A DNA stretch of 64,000 bases from Pseudomonadota bacterium (GTDB taxonomy: Bacteria > Pseudomonadota > Alphaproteobacteria > Azospirillales > Azospirillaceae). The notes under the pieces are model-generated. The model was given only the letters and a program-made list of their open reading frames with translations, was not told the origin of the DNA and did not search any database. Made by a program: the position numbers and the translations under genes. Shown in pieces: positions 8,782 to 17,311 of the stretch (positions are counted from its first letter, which is position 1; each line of letters opens with the position of its first letter). The stretch lies in assembly GCA_046045995.1 (NCBI GenBank), contig JBJOKR010000003.1:925-64924 (forward strand), given 5' to 3'.

Positions 8782-10749
8782 ATGACCGTTTTTGGAGCCT
8801 TGACCACGGCTGTGACCGGCCTGGGTGCCCAGTCCCGGGCGCTGGGCCACATCTCCGACAACATCGCCAATTCCCAGACCGTCGGCTACAAGCGGGTTGA
8901 GACAGCGTTCCAGACCCTGGTGACGCAGTCGAATTCCAACCTGCACAGCCCGGGTGGTGTCCGTGCCCGTCCGCTGTATACCAACAGCGTCCAGGGCACG
9001 ATCACCCAGACCCAGACCTCCACCAACCTTGCCATTTCCGGCGCCGGCTTCTTCCAGGTCAGCCGCGGCGAAGTGGTGGGCGGTGATGTGAACTTCCAGG
9101 AACAGACCTTCTTCACCCGCGCCGGTGACTTCCAGTTGGATCGCAACGGGTATCTGCGCAACAGCTCGGGCTATTACCTGAATGGCTGGGGCCTGGCCGC
9201 GGGCTCCAACCAGGTGGACCGCAACAACGTTCGTCCCATCCGCTTGGCCCAGTTGATCGACAACCCGTCGCCGACGGCGAACATCAACCTGTCCGCCAAC
9301 CTGCCCCTGACCCCGGCGGAAAGTGCGACGCTGCCGACCACCACCGTGCCGATCATCGACCTGAACGGATCGGCCCGGAATGTGGAACTGACGTGGCGCA
9401 AGCAGGGTAACAACCTGTGGCGGGTCCAGGTGAATTCCCCCGACAGCACGACCCAGGGCACGGCCGGTACCCTGCCCGGCCAGCCCCAGGCCTTCGGCTC
9501 GGCGATCCAGCTGGTGCCGAACACGACGCCGGTCCAGCAGTTGAGCCAGGTTTCCCTGGCATCGGTCACCCAGAACGAAACCTATACCGTGACCATCGCC
9601 GGTCAGAACTTCTCCCACCGTGCGACGTCCTTCGACACGGTCGACTCGGTGATCGGTTCCCTGCTGAACAAGGTCAATGCCAGCGGTCGCTTCACCGATT
9701 ACACCTTCACGACGACGGCCGGCGGCGTAATGGACATCACCGGCCCGACCAACGGCCGTGACTACACCATGGCCGTGTCCACGACCGACCCGGCCGCCCC
9801 GCTGACCACCACCACCAGCCAGCCCGCAACGCGCGGGGTGCAGCAGCAGGTGTTCGTGCCCTTGACCGGATCGGTGGGCGACATCAATGACGTGTTCACC
9901 ATCCCGTTCGGTGGCGGCAACCAGTCCATCTCCTATACGACGGATGGGACGGAAGCGAGCCTGGACACGGTTGCAACCCGGCTGGCCGCCCTGGTGAACG
10001 CCAACGCGGACTCGCCCTATATCGCGACGGCCCAGGGCCCCGGCCTTACCCTGACACGCAAGACCTTCGACGATCCGGTGGATGCGGAGTTCGGCATGGG
10101 CACGATGGTCACGACCGATGGCCGTACCCCGGCCCATGTGGAGGTGCGGTTTGGTGACGGCGGCGTGATGCAGTCCCTGTTGGCCACCAATGTGGGTGAC
10201 GGCAATGCGACCGTCGCCCCCACCCAGAATGCCGGGGATCCCGCCTTCATCGAGTTCGACCTTGATTTCGGCAATGGTTCCCAGCGTGTCCGCCTGAACC
10301 TCGGCACCTTCCAGAACGCGAATAACGGCCTGACCCAGTATGCCGGGTCCAACGTGGATGTGTTCAACCTGAACCAGGACGGGTTCACCCGCGGTGCCTT
10401 CCGCGATCTGGCCATCCTGGGGTCCGGTGAGGTGGTCGCGAACTACGACAACGGCCGCAGCCGGGTCCTGGCGCAGATCCCGCTGTTCCAGGTTGGCAAC
10501 CCGGAGGCCCTGCAGAAGGTGGACGGCAACGCGTATGTCAACACGGTGGAAAGCGGCAACGTGCGTGCCTCCTCCGCCGGTGAAAGCGGGTCCGGCAATT
10601 TCGTCACCAGCTCGGTGGAGGGATCCAACGTCGATCTGGCGGATGAGTTCACAAAGCTGATCATCACCCAGCGCGCGTATTCCGGTAACACCCGGGTCGT
10701 GACGGCGGCGAACGAGATGTTGCAGGAGGCGTTGGGCATGGCCCGGTAA
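8782..10749 (+). CDS. flgE: Flagellar hook protein FlgE (long form, 655 aa)
   Basis: AGGAG lies 6 nt before ATG 8782. The N-terminus (MTVFGALTTAVTGLGAQSRALGHISDNIANSQTVGYKR) and C-terminus (EGSNVDLADEFTKLIITQRAYSGNTRVV) are canonical rod/hook termini. Confidence 0.92.
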   Translation: MTVFGALTTAVTGLGAQSRALGHISDNIANSQTVGYKRVETAFQTLVTQSNSNLHSPGGVRARPLYTNSVQGTITQTQTSTNLAISGAGFFQVSRGEVVGGDVNFQEQTFFTRAGDFQLDRNGYLRNSSGYYLNGWGLAAGSNQVDRNNVRPIRLAQLIDNPSPTANINLSANLPLTPAESATLPTTTVPIIDLNGSARNVELTWRKQGNNLWRVQVNSPDSTTQGTAGTLPGQPQAFGSAIQLVPNTTPVQQLSQVSLASVTQNETYTVTIAGQNFSHRATSFDTVDSVIGSLLNKVNASGRFTDYTFTTTAGGVMDITGPTNGRDYTMAVSTTDPAAPLTTTTSQPATRGVQQQVFVPLTGSVGDINDVFTIPFGGGNQSISYTTDGTEASLDTVATRLAALVNANADSPYIATAQGPGLTLTRKTFDDPVDAEFGMGTMVTTDGRTPAHVEVRFGDGGVMQSLLATNVGDGNATVAPTQNAGDPAFIEFDLDFGNGSQRVRLNLGTFQNANNGLTQYAGSNVDVFNLNQDGFTRGAFRDLAILGSGEVVANYDNGRSRVLAQIPLFQVGNPEALQKVDGNAYVNTVESGNVRASSAGESGSGNFVTSSVEGSNVDLADEFTKLIITQRAYSGNTRVVTAANEMLQEALGMAR

Positions 10750-10839
10750 CGGCGCCGGTCGGGGACCGCCCGGTCCCCGCCCCGGCACCTGGTCGGTCGC
10801 CTGTACAGGCTCCTGGACAGTCATCAGCATTGCTCGGCA

Positions 10840-10876
10840 ACGGCCGTCGGAAAAAGTCCGGCGGCCGTCGTCGTTT
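10840..10876 (+). terminator. Hairpin downstream of flgE (terminator-like)
   Basis: ACGGCCGTCGG - AAAAAGT - CCGGCGGCCGT (11-bp stem, one mismatch), followed by CGTCGTTTCGG. A shorter GGGGAC...GTCCCC hairpin sits at 10761-10778. Confidence 0.45.
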
Positions 10877-11174
10877 CGGGGCAGCCCGTGCCCCCCCGGC
10901 ATCCCTGTACCGGCCGCTCTGTCCCGGCATCCCTGTCCTGGCCGCCGTTCAGCCGAGTTTGGACTGGGGCGGCAACAACTGCCGGGCCGGGCAGGATTTT
11001 CCCCTGTCCTGCCGCGCCAGGGCGGGAAATTCAGGCGCCAGCGCCCATCGTGGCATGCCATGGGCCGGCACCATGATTGAAAACCACCGTGCTGCCCCCC
11101 GCCACCCCCCGCCCCCTCCCCGCCAAGGCTTGGGCGCCAGCCGATTTCCCGATCCGGCCCGCAGTTTGCTGGTC

Positions 11175-11190
11175 TGGCCCGCAGCTTGCA
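11175..11190 (+). promoter_or_regulatory. sigma54 (-24/-12) promoter for flgK-flgL
   Basis: TGGCCC-GCAGC-TTGCA has correct GG-N10-GC spacing, 59 nt before the flgK ATG. A near-duplicate, CGGCCC-GCAGT-TTGCT, sits 20 bp upstream (11155-11170). Confidence 0.55.
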
Positions 11191-11248
11191 TAGAACGGGA
11201 CGGGACTAAAAGGGCCGTCATCATCCGGCCCGTTTCGGGAGTAGACCC

Positions 11249-12787
11249 ATGTCGTTGGATGTCGCCTTCAACTCTGCTGTCAGCGCCCTGCGCCTCACGC
11301 AGCGGTCGTTGGCGACTACTGCCAACAACATCGCGAATGTCGAAACCGAGGGCTATACCCGCAAGGTTCAGACCCAGCAGCCGCTGACCGCCAGTGGCCA
11401 GGGGCTGGGTGTCCTGACCGGCCCGGTGGAACGCCTGTTCGATCAGGCGCTGCACAACGAGTTGCTGCGCCGGAACGCCACTGTCGGTGACCTGGATGTG
11501 CGCAACAGCTATTTGCGGCGGGTGGAGGAGGTGCAGGGATCGCCCGATGCCGGCATCAACGTGGCCGCCCGGCTGACCGATGTGCGCGACAAGTACGTCC
11601 GCCTGGCTGCCACGCCGGAAAGCAACATCCTTCAAACCGATGTCCTGATCGCGGCGGATGAGTTCGCGCGGACCATGCGGGATGTGTCGCGGACGATCCT
11701 GGACACCCGGAATGCTGCGGACTCGGAGCTGTCGCAGTCGATTGCCGGCATGAACAGCTTCCTGAGCCAGATCGAGACCCTGGACAGCCAGATCATCCTG
11801 GCCAAGCAGAAGGGCAGCGGTGCGGGGGAACTGGAGGATCAGCGGGATGCGGCCATCGTCGGCCTGTCCAAGCTGGTGGAGATCCGGGTCCTGCGCCGCA
11901 ACGACGGATCGGTGGCCATCACCACGGCCTCCGGTGTCGGCCTGTTCGACAAGGTGGCCCAGACGGTGAACCACCGGTCCACCCCGATCGACCATACCTC
12001 CTTCCACCGCACCAGCCCGCCCGGATCCATCCCCGCCATCACCGTGGGGGAGGGATCGAGTGTGCGTGACATCACCAGCATCCTGTCCGGCGGGCGCATC
12101 GGCGGTCTGTTGGCCCTGCGCGATGATGAGCTGCCGCGGATGCAGGCGGAGTTGGACAACCTGGCCTTCCAGGTGGAAGCCCGGATGCGGTCCAACGGCA
12201 CGACCCTGTTCACCAAGGCCGATGGTGTCTCTGCCCCGCCGGGCATTCCCACGGCCTATGTCGGCTTCGCAGGTGAAATCCGGGTGGCCCAGGCCATGAT
12301 GGATGATCCGCGGCTGGTGTCCCTGGGCGACCGCGGGCAGGAGGTTCTGTCCTCCCCCGCCGGTGGCATCCAGAACCCACCCTTCCCCCTGGCGCTGGGT
12401 GCCCAGCAGGTGAACCGGATCATCAACAATGTGTTCGAAAGCCCGACCGGGTCGGATGTGAATCCCCACACCCCGTTCGCCAGCCGCAATCTGGGCCCGG
12501 ACCCGCTGGCCAACATGTCGAGCACCCTTCCCTCCGCGGTCCGCTTGACCGATTACGCCGCTTCCCTGGTGGCGCGGCACGGCACGGAGCGGGGGACCAT
12601 TGATGCCAACCTCAAGGCGGCCGAGTCGGTGCTGAACTCCATCGAGCAGCGCTACAACGACGCCACCGGGGTCAACATGGATGACGAGCTGGCGCAGCTT
12701 CAGCTGCTCCAGCGCTCTTACGCCTCCGCTGCCCAGGTCCTCCGGTCCATCGACCGGATGGTCAACGATCTCTTCGCCGTCCGCTAG
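11249..12787 (+). CDS. flgK: Flagellar hook-associated protein 1 FlgK
   Basis: N-terminus MSLDVAFNSAVSALRLTQRSLATTANNIANVETEGYTRK and C-terminus VNMDDELAQLQLLQRSYASAAQVLRSIDRM are typical of FlgK. Confidence 0.9.
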   Translation: MSLDVAFNSAVSALRLTQRSLATTANNIANVETEGYTRKVQTQQPLTASGQGLGVLTGPVERLFDQALHNELLRRNATVGDLDVRNSYLRRVEEVQGSPDAGINVAARLTDVRDKYVRLAATPESNILQTDVLIAADEFARTMRDVSRTILDTRNAADSELSQSIAGMNSFLSQIETLDSQIILAKQKGSGAGELEDQRDAAIVGLSKLVEIRVLRRNDGSVAITTASGVGLFDKVAQTVNHRSTPIDHTSFHRTSPPGSIPAITVGEGSSVRDITSILSGGRIGGLLALRDDELPRMQAELDNLAFQVEARMRSNGTTLFTKADGVSAPPGIPTAYVGFAGEIRVAQAMMDDPRLVSLGDRGQEVLSSPAGGIQNPPFPLALGAQQVNRIINNVFESPTGSDVNPHTPFASRNLGPDPLANMSSTLPSAVRLTDYAASLVARHGTERGTIDANLKAAESVLNSIEQRYNDATGVNMDDELAQLQLLQRSYASAAQVLRSIDRMVNDLFAVR

Positions 12788-12802
12788 GATTGGAGCTGAA
12801 CC

Positions 12803-13843
12803 ATGACCGTCTCGACGCTCAACCAGTATCAGCAGCTGCTGTACAACAGCAACAATCTGCGTGAACGCCAGAACGTGCTGCAGCAGCAGGTCTCCAGCGG
12901 GTACAAGGCGCAGGTCTTCAGCGGCCTGGGCACGGACTCGGTTCGATCCATCGACCTGCGCAACAACCTGTCGGAAATCGATACCTATCAGCGGAACATC
13001 GATGAGGTCCGCGCCCGCACCGGCATCATGAACACGGCCATGAACCGGGTCTCGGAGATCGCCCGCGACGTGCAGCGGCAGCTCATCACCCCCGACGGGG
13101 TCAGCCGGGCCGATCCGGCCATCATCCGGCAGATATCGCGCCAGGCGATCCAGGATATCGTCCAACTGCTGAACACCCAGGTGGACGGCCGCTTTGTTTT
13201 CGCCGGCAGCAGTGTGGCCTCATCGCCGGTCAATGCGGACAATACGCTGGCCGATTTCGCCGTCAATGAATACGCGGCGAACTTCCCCGCCGATACGGCA
13301 CAGCTTCAGCAGAACATCTACAATGAGGTTTACCGCCCCGACCGTTCGATGACCCCGCCCAACGGCGGAAACCCGCAAGGTCTGTTCAATTCAGCCCTGG
13401 CCCAGGGCGGATTCCAGGTGAGTGCGCGGATCGATCGGAACTTCGATGTCACGTATGGCGTGAATGCCGATGCGGAGCCGTTCCGGCAGATCATCTACGG
13501 TCTGACCTTGGCCGCGGGTCTCCAGGCGCCGAACCCCAACACGCCCGCCAATGACGAGTCCATGCGCAATCTGGTCCGCACCGCCCGCGACGCCCTGGAC
13601 CAGGGTGGCAAGGCCCTGGAGCGGGAGGTGGGTATCCTCGGCTCCATCCGCAGCCGGGTCGACCTGATCGACCGCAAGCATGACAATGTGGGAACCCTGC
13701 TGCGCACGTCGCTGGGGGAGGTGGAGGATACGGACGTGGCCAAGGTGGCGTCGGACCTGAAGCTGGTGGAAACCCAGATACAGGCCACCTACTCCATCAT
13801 CTCCAGCCAGCGCCGCTTTTCCCTGGTCGACTTCCTGACCTGA
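12803..13843 (+). CDS. flgL: Flagellar hook-associated protein 3 FlgL
   Basis: Starts 16 nt after flgK. Flagellin-like N-terminus, and C-terminus DTDVAKVASDLKLVETQIQATYSIISSQRRFSLVDFL. Confidence 0.85.
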   Translation: MTVSTLNQYQQLLYNSNNLRERQNVLQQQVSSGYKAQVFSGLGTDSVRSIDLRNNLSEIDTYQRNIDEVRARTGIMNTAMNRVSEIARDVQRQLITPDGVSRADPAIIRQISRQAIQDIVQLLNTQVDGRFVFAGSSVASSPVNADNTLADFAVNEYAANFPADTAQLQQNIYNEVYRPDRSMTPPNGGNPQGLFNSALAQGGFQVSARIDRNFDVTYGVNADAEPFRQIIYGLTLAAGLQAPNPNTPANDESMRNLVRTARDALDQGGKALEREVGILGSIRSRVDLIDRKHDNVGTLLRTSLGEVEDTDVAKVASDLKLVETQIQATYSIISSQRRFSLVDFLT

Positions 13844-13846
13844 TGC

Positions 13847-13976
13847 CGTTGGTCGGGATTTCCCACCATCGCTGTTACGGCACGCCGCCTCTGCGCCGCC
13901 GCCCAGGGCCACGGAGTGGTCGCCCAGCTACGGAGGGGAACAAAACCGCCGTTGATTGGGTCACGGAAAAAGGCGA
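13847..13976 (+). repeat. Structured intergenic repeat, copy A (most diverged)
   Basis: Shares GTTACGGC..., the core GGCCACGGAGTGGTCGCCC and a GGTCACG-containing tail with copies at 16317-16462 and 47601-47747 (inverted). Lies just 3' of flgL. Confidence 0.6.
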
Positions 13977-14003
13977 AGGGCTTTGCAAGTGGGCGCCAGC
14001 GGA

Positions 14004-14465
14004 TCAGGCCTTGGCTGGGGTCCCGCGGCCGCTGCCGCCAGCGGCGGTCCGGGCGGCCCCGCTTCCGGCAAGGGTGGCCAGTTGCAGGACCGAATCTTCA
14101 TATTGGATCAGTTCGCGGGAAATCTGCAGGGCTGTGTAGAATTCGTTCTGGGCCACCCGCTCGCGCATCTCCGCAATGGCGTTTCGGACGGTGGTGCTGC
14201 CGGTGGCATCGAAAAACTGCTGTGTATAGGTATCGAAGAATTCCCGCATGCGCGGGCGCTCCTCCGGATCGGCCAGGTAGGCGTTCTGAAGGCTGAAATA
14301 AATCCGGCGGGCAGGGGAATTCGCCTGCTCAGGGCGCATGATCTGCCGGTCCACCATGAAATTGGCCCGGTTCATCAACACGATCTCGGCTTTGCTTTCC
14401 GCCCGGATCAGCGCACCGTTGATAACGATGCATTCGCCCGCAGCAATCCGTAACTTCAATGCCAT
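14004..14465 (-). CDS. flbT: Flagellar biosynthesis repressor FlbT
   Basis: From ATG 14465: MALKLRIAAGECIVINGALIRAESKAEIVLMNRANFMVDRQIMRPEQANSPARRIYF, which parallels Caulobacter FlbT (MPLKLSLKPGEKFVLNGAVV...IMQP...). Confidence 0.85.
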   Translation of the reverse strand: MALKLRIAAGECIVINGALIRAESKAEIVLMNRANFMVDRQIMRPEQANSPARRIYFSLQNAYLADPEERPRMREFFDTYTQQFFDATGSTTVRNAIAEMRERVAQNEFYTALQISRELIQYEDSVLQLATLAGSGAARTAAGGSGRGTPAKA

Positions 14466-15007
14466 CCGAACAATTCCCTGATCCACAGGACCCGATCAAC
14501 GGGTCATCGCATCTTCGGCCATGCCTGTCCTGCCAGCCGATGATTGCCATCCGGGCGCAATGCCCCTGTCCTGCGGCACGCATTCTGGCAGGTTCGTCCC
14601 GCCGCGGGAAGCATCGAGATGGCCGGGCAGCCGACGGAGATGTGGTTGACCGGCGGGCGCCAGGCAATGGTGTCCGCGCGGGCGGAGACCCGTTCGGCCC
14701 GGGCCCCACTTTTTCCGGCTGTACCGCCGGGTGGGCTCATCCTGCCCATGCGGGCGGAGACCCGGGTGTTCGCTGATCGTGGGGCGGCGGAACGCCAAGG
14801 TTGGATGCAGGCTATCACGATCATTCAGGGTGGGCTGGCGGCATAGCTGCGAGGTTTCCGTCGCCTTCCCCATCTCCGCCCGGACACCAACCGCCCCCAT
14901 CTGCTGCAACCCAGACCTGCGTGGACATGGAGTGCCGACGTGCGAGGTTAATGAGCCCACTGTCGGTTCCATTCCAGTAACACGATGGGGCGTGGAGGTA
15001 CGTCGCC

Positions 15008-15541
15008 TCAGGCGCCGCGGGCGGCGGTCCGGACGGGGGCGGCCGTGGGGGCCCCGATGGTGGGACCGGCCCCGGCCGCTGGCGCAGAGGCGGGGGCCGC
15101 GGTGCTGGCGGGGTTCACAGTGGCGGCCGGGGCCGTGGGCTGGGAGCTGCGGGGCTCCGCCCGGTTGGTGCCGGTAGTCGCCGCAATGGCCGCTGGCGCG
15201 TTGCGATCCGTCTGCGCCGAATCCCGGCCCGGAAGAGGCGGTTCTTCCTGGTCTGCGTATTGCCCGGGCACAGCACTTCCGGTCAGGGCCGCGCGGCGGT
15301 AGGCCTCCAGGATGCTGCGATCGGGGATGGAGCGTTGTACTTCCCCGCTCTGCACGTCCCGGATCTCGATCACCAGGATCGCCGCGTCACGATCGAAACG
15401 AACGCGGGGGTTGGTGTAGAGCGCGGGTGCGGAGATCGGAGGAGCGCCCTCCGCCACGGACTCGGCCGCCATCGCCCCGCCGCGATAACCAGCGGAGATC
15501 ATGCTTGGACCGGAGAGTGTGGCGGCGCTTATGTTTGGCAT
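15008..15541 (-). CDS. FlaG-like flagellar protein
   Basis: ATG 15541 lies 6 nt after GGAGA. The core RVRFDRDAAILVIEIRDVQSGEVQRSIPDRSILEAY resembles the FlaG family motif. The C-terminal half is Ala/Pro/Thr-rich. Confidence 0.55.
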   Translation of the reverse strand: MPNISAATLSGPSMISAGYRGGAMAAESVAEGAPPISAPALYTNPRVRFDRDAAILVIEIRDVQSGEVQRSIPDRSILEAYRRAALTGSAVPGQYADQEEPPLPGRDSAQTDRNAPAAIAATTGTNRAEPRSSQPTAPAATVNPASTAAPASAPAAGAGPTIGAPTAAPVRTAARGA

Positions 15542-15936
15542 GGTCGTCTCCAATGGAGAGGATCACACAGCGTGGATAGTTCGTCAAGGTTGTTTGGGTT
15601 GACAGAGCGTTGTTCCCCCCGTCCGGCGGAGTCGATATGGCGCTGCACCGCCATGGTCGTGAGTCATGCGTTCTAGGGCGGCAAGTTCCTGGGGGCCAAG
15701 TTCCTGGGGGAAGCCGGGGCATGTCCGGTCCATCATTCCTGATCTTGTCCCCGGCGGGCGGGCGAACTCTTCCGTTTACGCACCATGCCGTATGGGGATA
15801 TCCTGCTGAACGGTAACGAGGGATTCCAGGGCGAATCGGCGCCGCGCGGTACATGGCTCCCTGCATAGGGCGCCATGCGATCTGCATCGGTCCATGGCCG
15901 TCGCCAGGACGGCATTCCATTCGAATGGGTAAAGCG

Positions 15937-16206
15937 ATGAGCGACGATACGGTGATGAAGGCGACGGCCAGCGACCTTATGCTGATCCAACGGTTCGCGG
16001 ATGAGCATACCCGCTTCGCGACGGAACGGCTGATGGAGTCCTTCGATGATTTGAAGGCCGTCGGCATCCGGGAACAACTGGTCGGGGCAACGGCCGTGCA
16101 TCTGGGACTTTCATCCCTGATCCGCGTATTTGGCCGGGAGCAGGTTGTCGACATGCTGGGCCGGCTGGCCCCGCTTGTTGCGGATGGAACCGTCGGAGCC
16201 GAGTGA
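15937..16206 (+). CDS. Hypothetical small protein (89 aa)
   Basis: ORF-track frame trimmed to ATG 15937 (MSDDTVMKATASD...). No recognisable family and no strong RBS. Confidence 0.3.
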   Translation: MSDDTVMKATASDLMLIQRFADEHTRFATERLMESFDDLKAVGIREQLVGATAVHLGLSSLIRVFGREQVVDMLGRLAPLVADGTVGAE

Positions 16207-16316
16207 ACAGACCGCCGATTTCCCACGACATGGGCGGCTACGGTGCGGTTCCGGCGTGCGCCGGCATCCATCCGCGGACCGGCGCTTTCCGTCCTTCCCT
16301 GGCATATGTGATTACC

Positions 16317-16462
16317 TTGGTCCAACGGTCGGGAACCCTGACCCTTGTTACGGCGGCGACCGCCGCAGTACCGCCCGTGCGGCGGCGCACCAGGCCACGG
16401 AGTGGCCGCCCGGCGACTGAGTGCAGAAAAGCCGCCTTTTGTCGGTCACGATATGGGGCGGC
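16317..16462 (+). repeat. Structured intergenic repeat, copy B
   Basis: CCAACGGTCGGGAACCCTGACCCTTG, then GTTACGGCGGCGACCGCCGC, then GGCCACGGAGTGGCCGCCCGGCGA, then a hairpin GCCGCC-ttttgtcGGTCACGatatgg-GGCGGC. It aligns with the reverse complement of 47601-47747. Confidence 0.65.
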
Positions 16463-16534
16463 GGGTATCAGTCCGCTGGTTTGATCCCGACCCCTGTCTG
16501 ACCCGGTCGTTCCGGCCGAAGGCGGAGATATTGG

Positions 16535-17239
16535 ATGACCGATGATTTGGAGCTTCGTCGGCTGGTGGAGGGGCTTCGCAGCGATCTTCGCGCCGTGCCG
16601 GAGCTGATCGCCCGTCAACGCCACCTGCGCGAAGCGCTGGACCGGATCCATTTCCGGCTTTCCTGGCCGGCCGGTGTACTGCCCCCCGGGAACAATTGGG
16701 CAGCCAGCCCCGACATGCTGCTGCATGTGGTGGAAACGGCGCTGGAGCAGGGTCCGGCCGTGGCCGTGGAATGCGGCAGTGGCACATCCACGCTGCTTCT
16801 GGCCCGGTGCATGCAGCTGGCCGGTCGCGGCCATGTCTACAGCCTGGAACAGGATGCGTCCCATGTTGCCCTGACCCGCCGGAACCTCGAAATCGCCGGC
16901 GTTTCCCAATGGGCGACCGTTATCCACGCGCCCATGGTGCCCTATTCCCTGCAGGACCAGGATTACGGCTGGTACAGCCTTGCCGATCTGCCGGACCTGC
17001 CTATAGACCTTTTGGTCGTTGATGGGCCGGTGGGCATGGTCGGCAAGCTGACCCGGTATCCTGCGGGCCCCCTTCTGTTCCCGCGTCTCGCCCCTGGCGG
17101 CATCGTCTTCCTGGACGACCTGCGCCGGGAGGAGGAGCGGCGGAGCTTTGCCCGCTGGCGCCTGGAACGGCCCGACCTGGTAGCCGGTGTGGTGGAGACG
17201 GAGCGCGGGCTGGGCGTGCTGAAGATGGCCACTGTCTAG
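16535..17239 (+). CDS. Class I SAM-dependent methyltransferase (Methyltransf_24-like)
   Basis: The SAM-binding stretch AVECGSGTSTLLLA, plus LLVVDGP...GGIVFLDD, fits small O-methyltransferases found in glycan and flagellin modification loci. Confidence 0.7.
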   Translation: MTDDLELRRLVEGLRSDLRAVPELIARQRHLREALDRIHFRLSWPAGVLPPGNNWAASPDMLLHVVETALEQGPAVAVECGSGTSTLLLARCMQLAGRGHVYSLEQDASHVALTRRNLEIAGVSQWATVIHAPMVPYSLQDQDYGWYSLADLPDLPIDLLVVDGPVGMVGKLTRYPAGPLLFPRLAPGGIVFLDDLRREEERRSFARWRLERPDLVAGVVETERGLGVLKMATV

Positions 17240-17311
17240 CGGCAGTCGACGGAACAATCTCCGGGGCGGCGCCGGCCGGTCGCCACCCCGGATCACCTGG
17301 GGTGGGGGGCG

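Noticed and set aside
8689-11061. 790-aa minus-strand ORF opposite flgE
   Set aside because: It is antisense to an unmistakable FlgE gene. The product is Gly/Arg/His-rich with no recognisable domain.
10949-13165. 738-aa minus-strand ORF opposite flgK/flgL
   Set aside because: It is an antisense shadow of FlgK and FlgL, which have canonical termini, and its composition is not protein-like.
14496-14972. 158-aa minus-strand ORF in the flbT to flaG-like gap (and other overlapping ORFs there)
   Set aside because: The translations are Arg/Pro/Gly-rich with no hydrophobic core pattern, no RBS and no family resemblance. The interval is treated as non-coding or possibly decayed.
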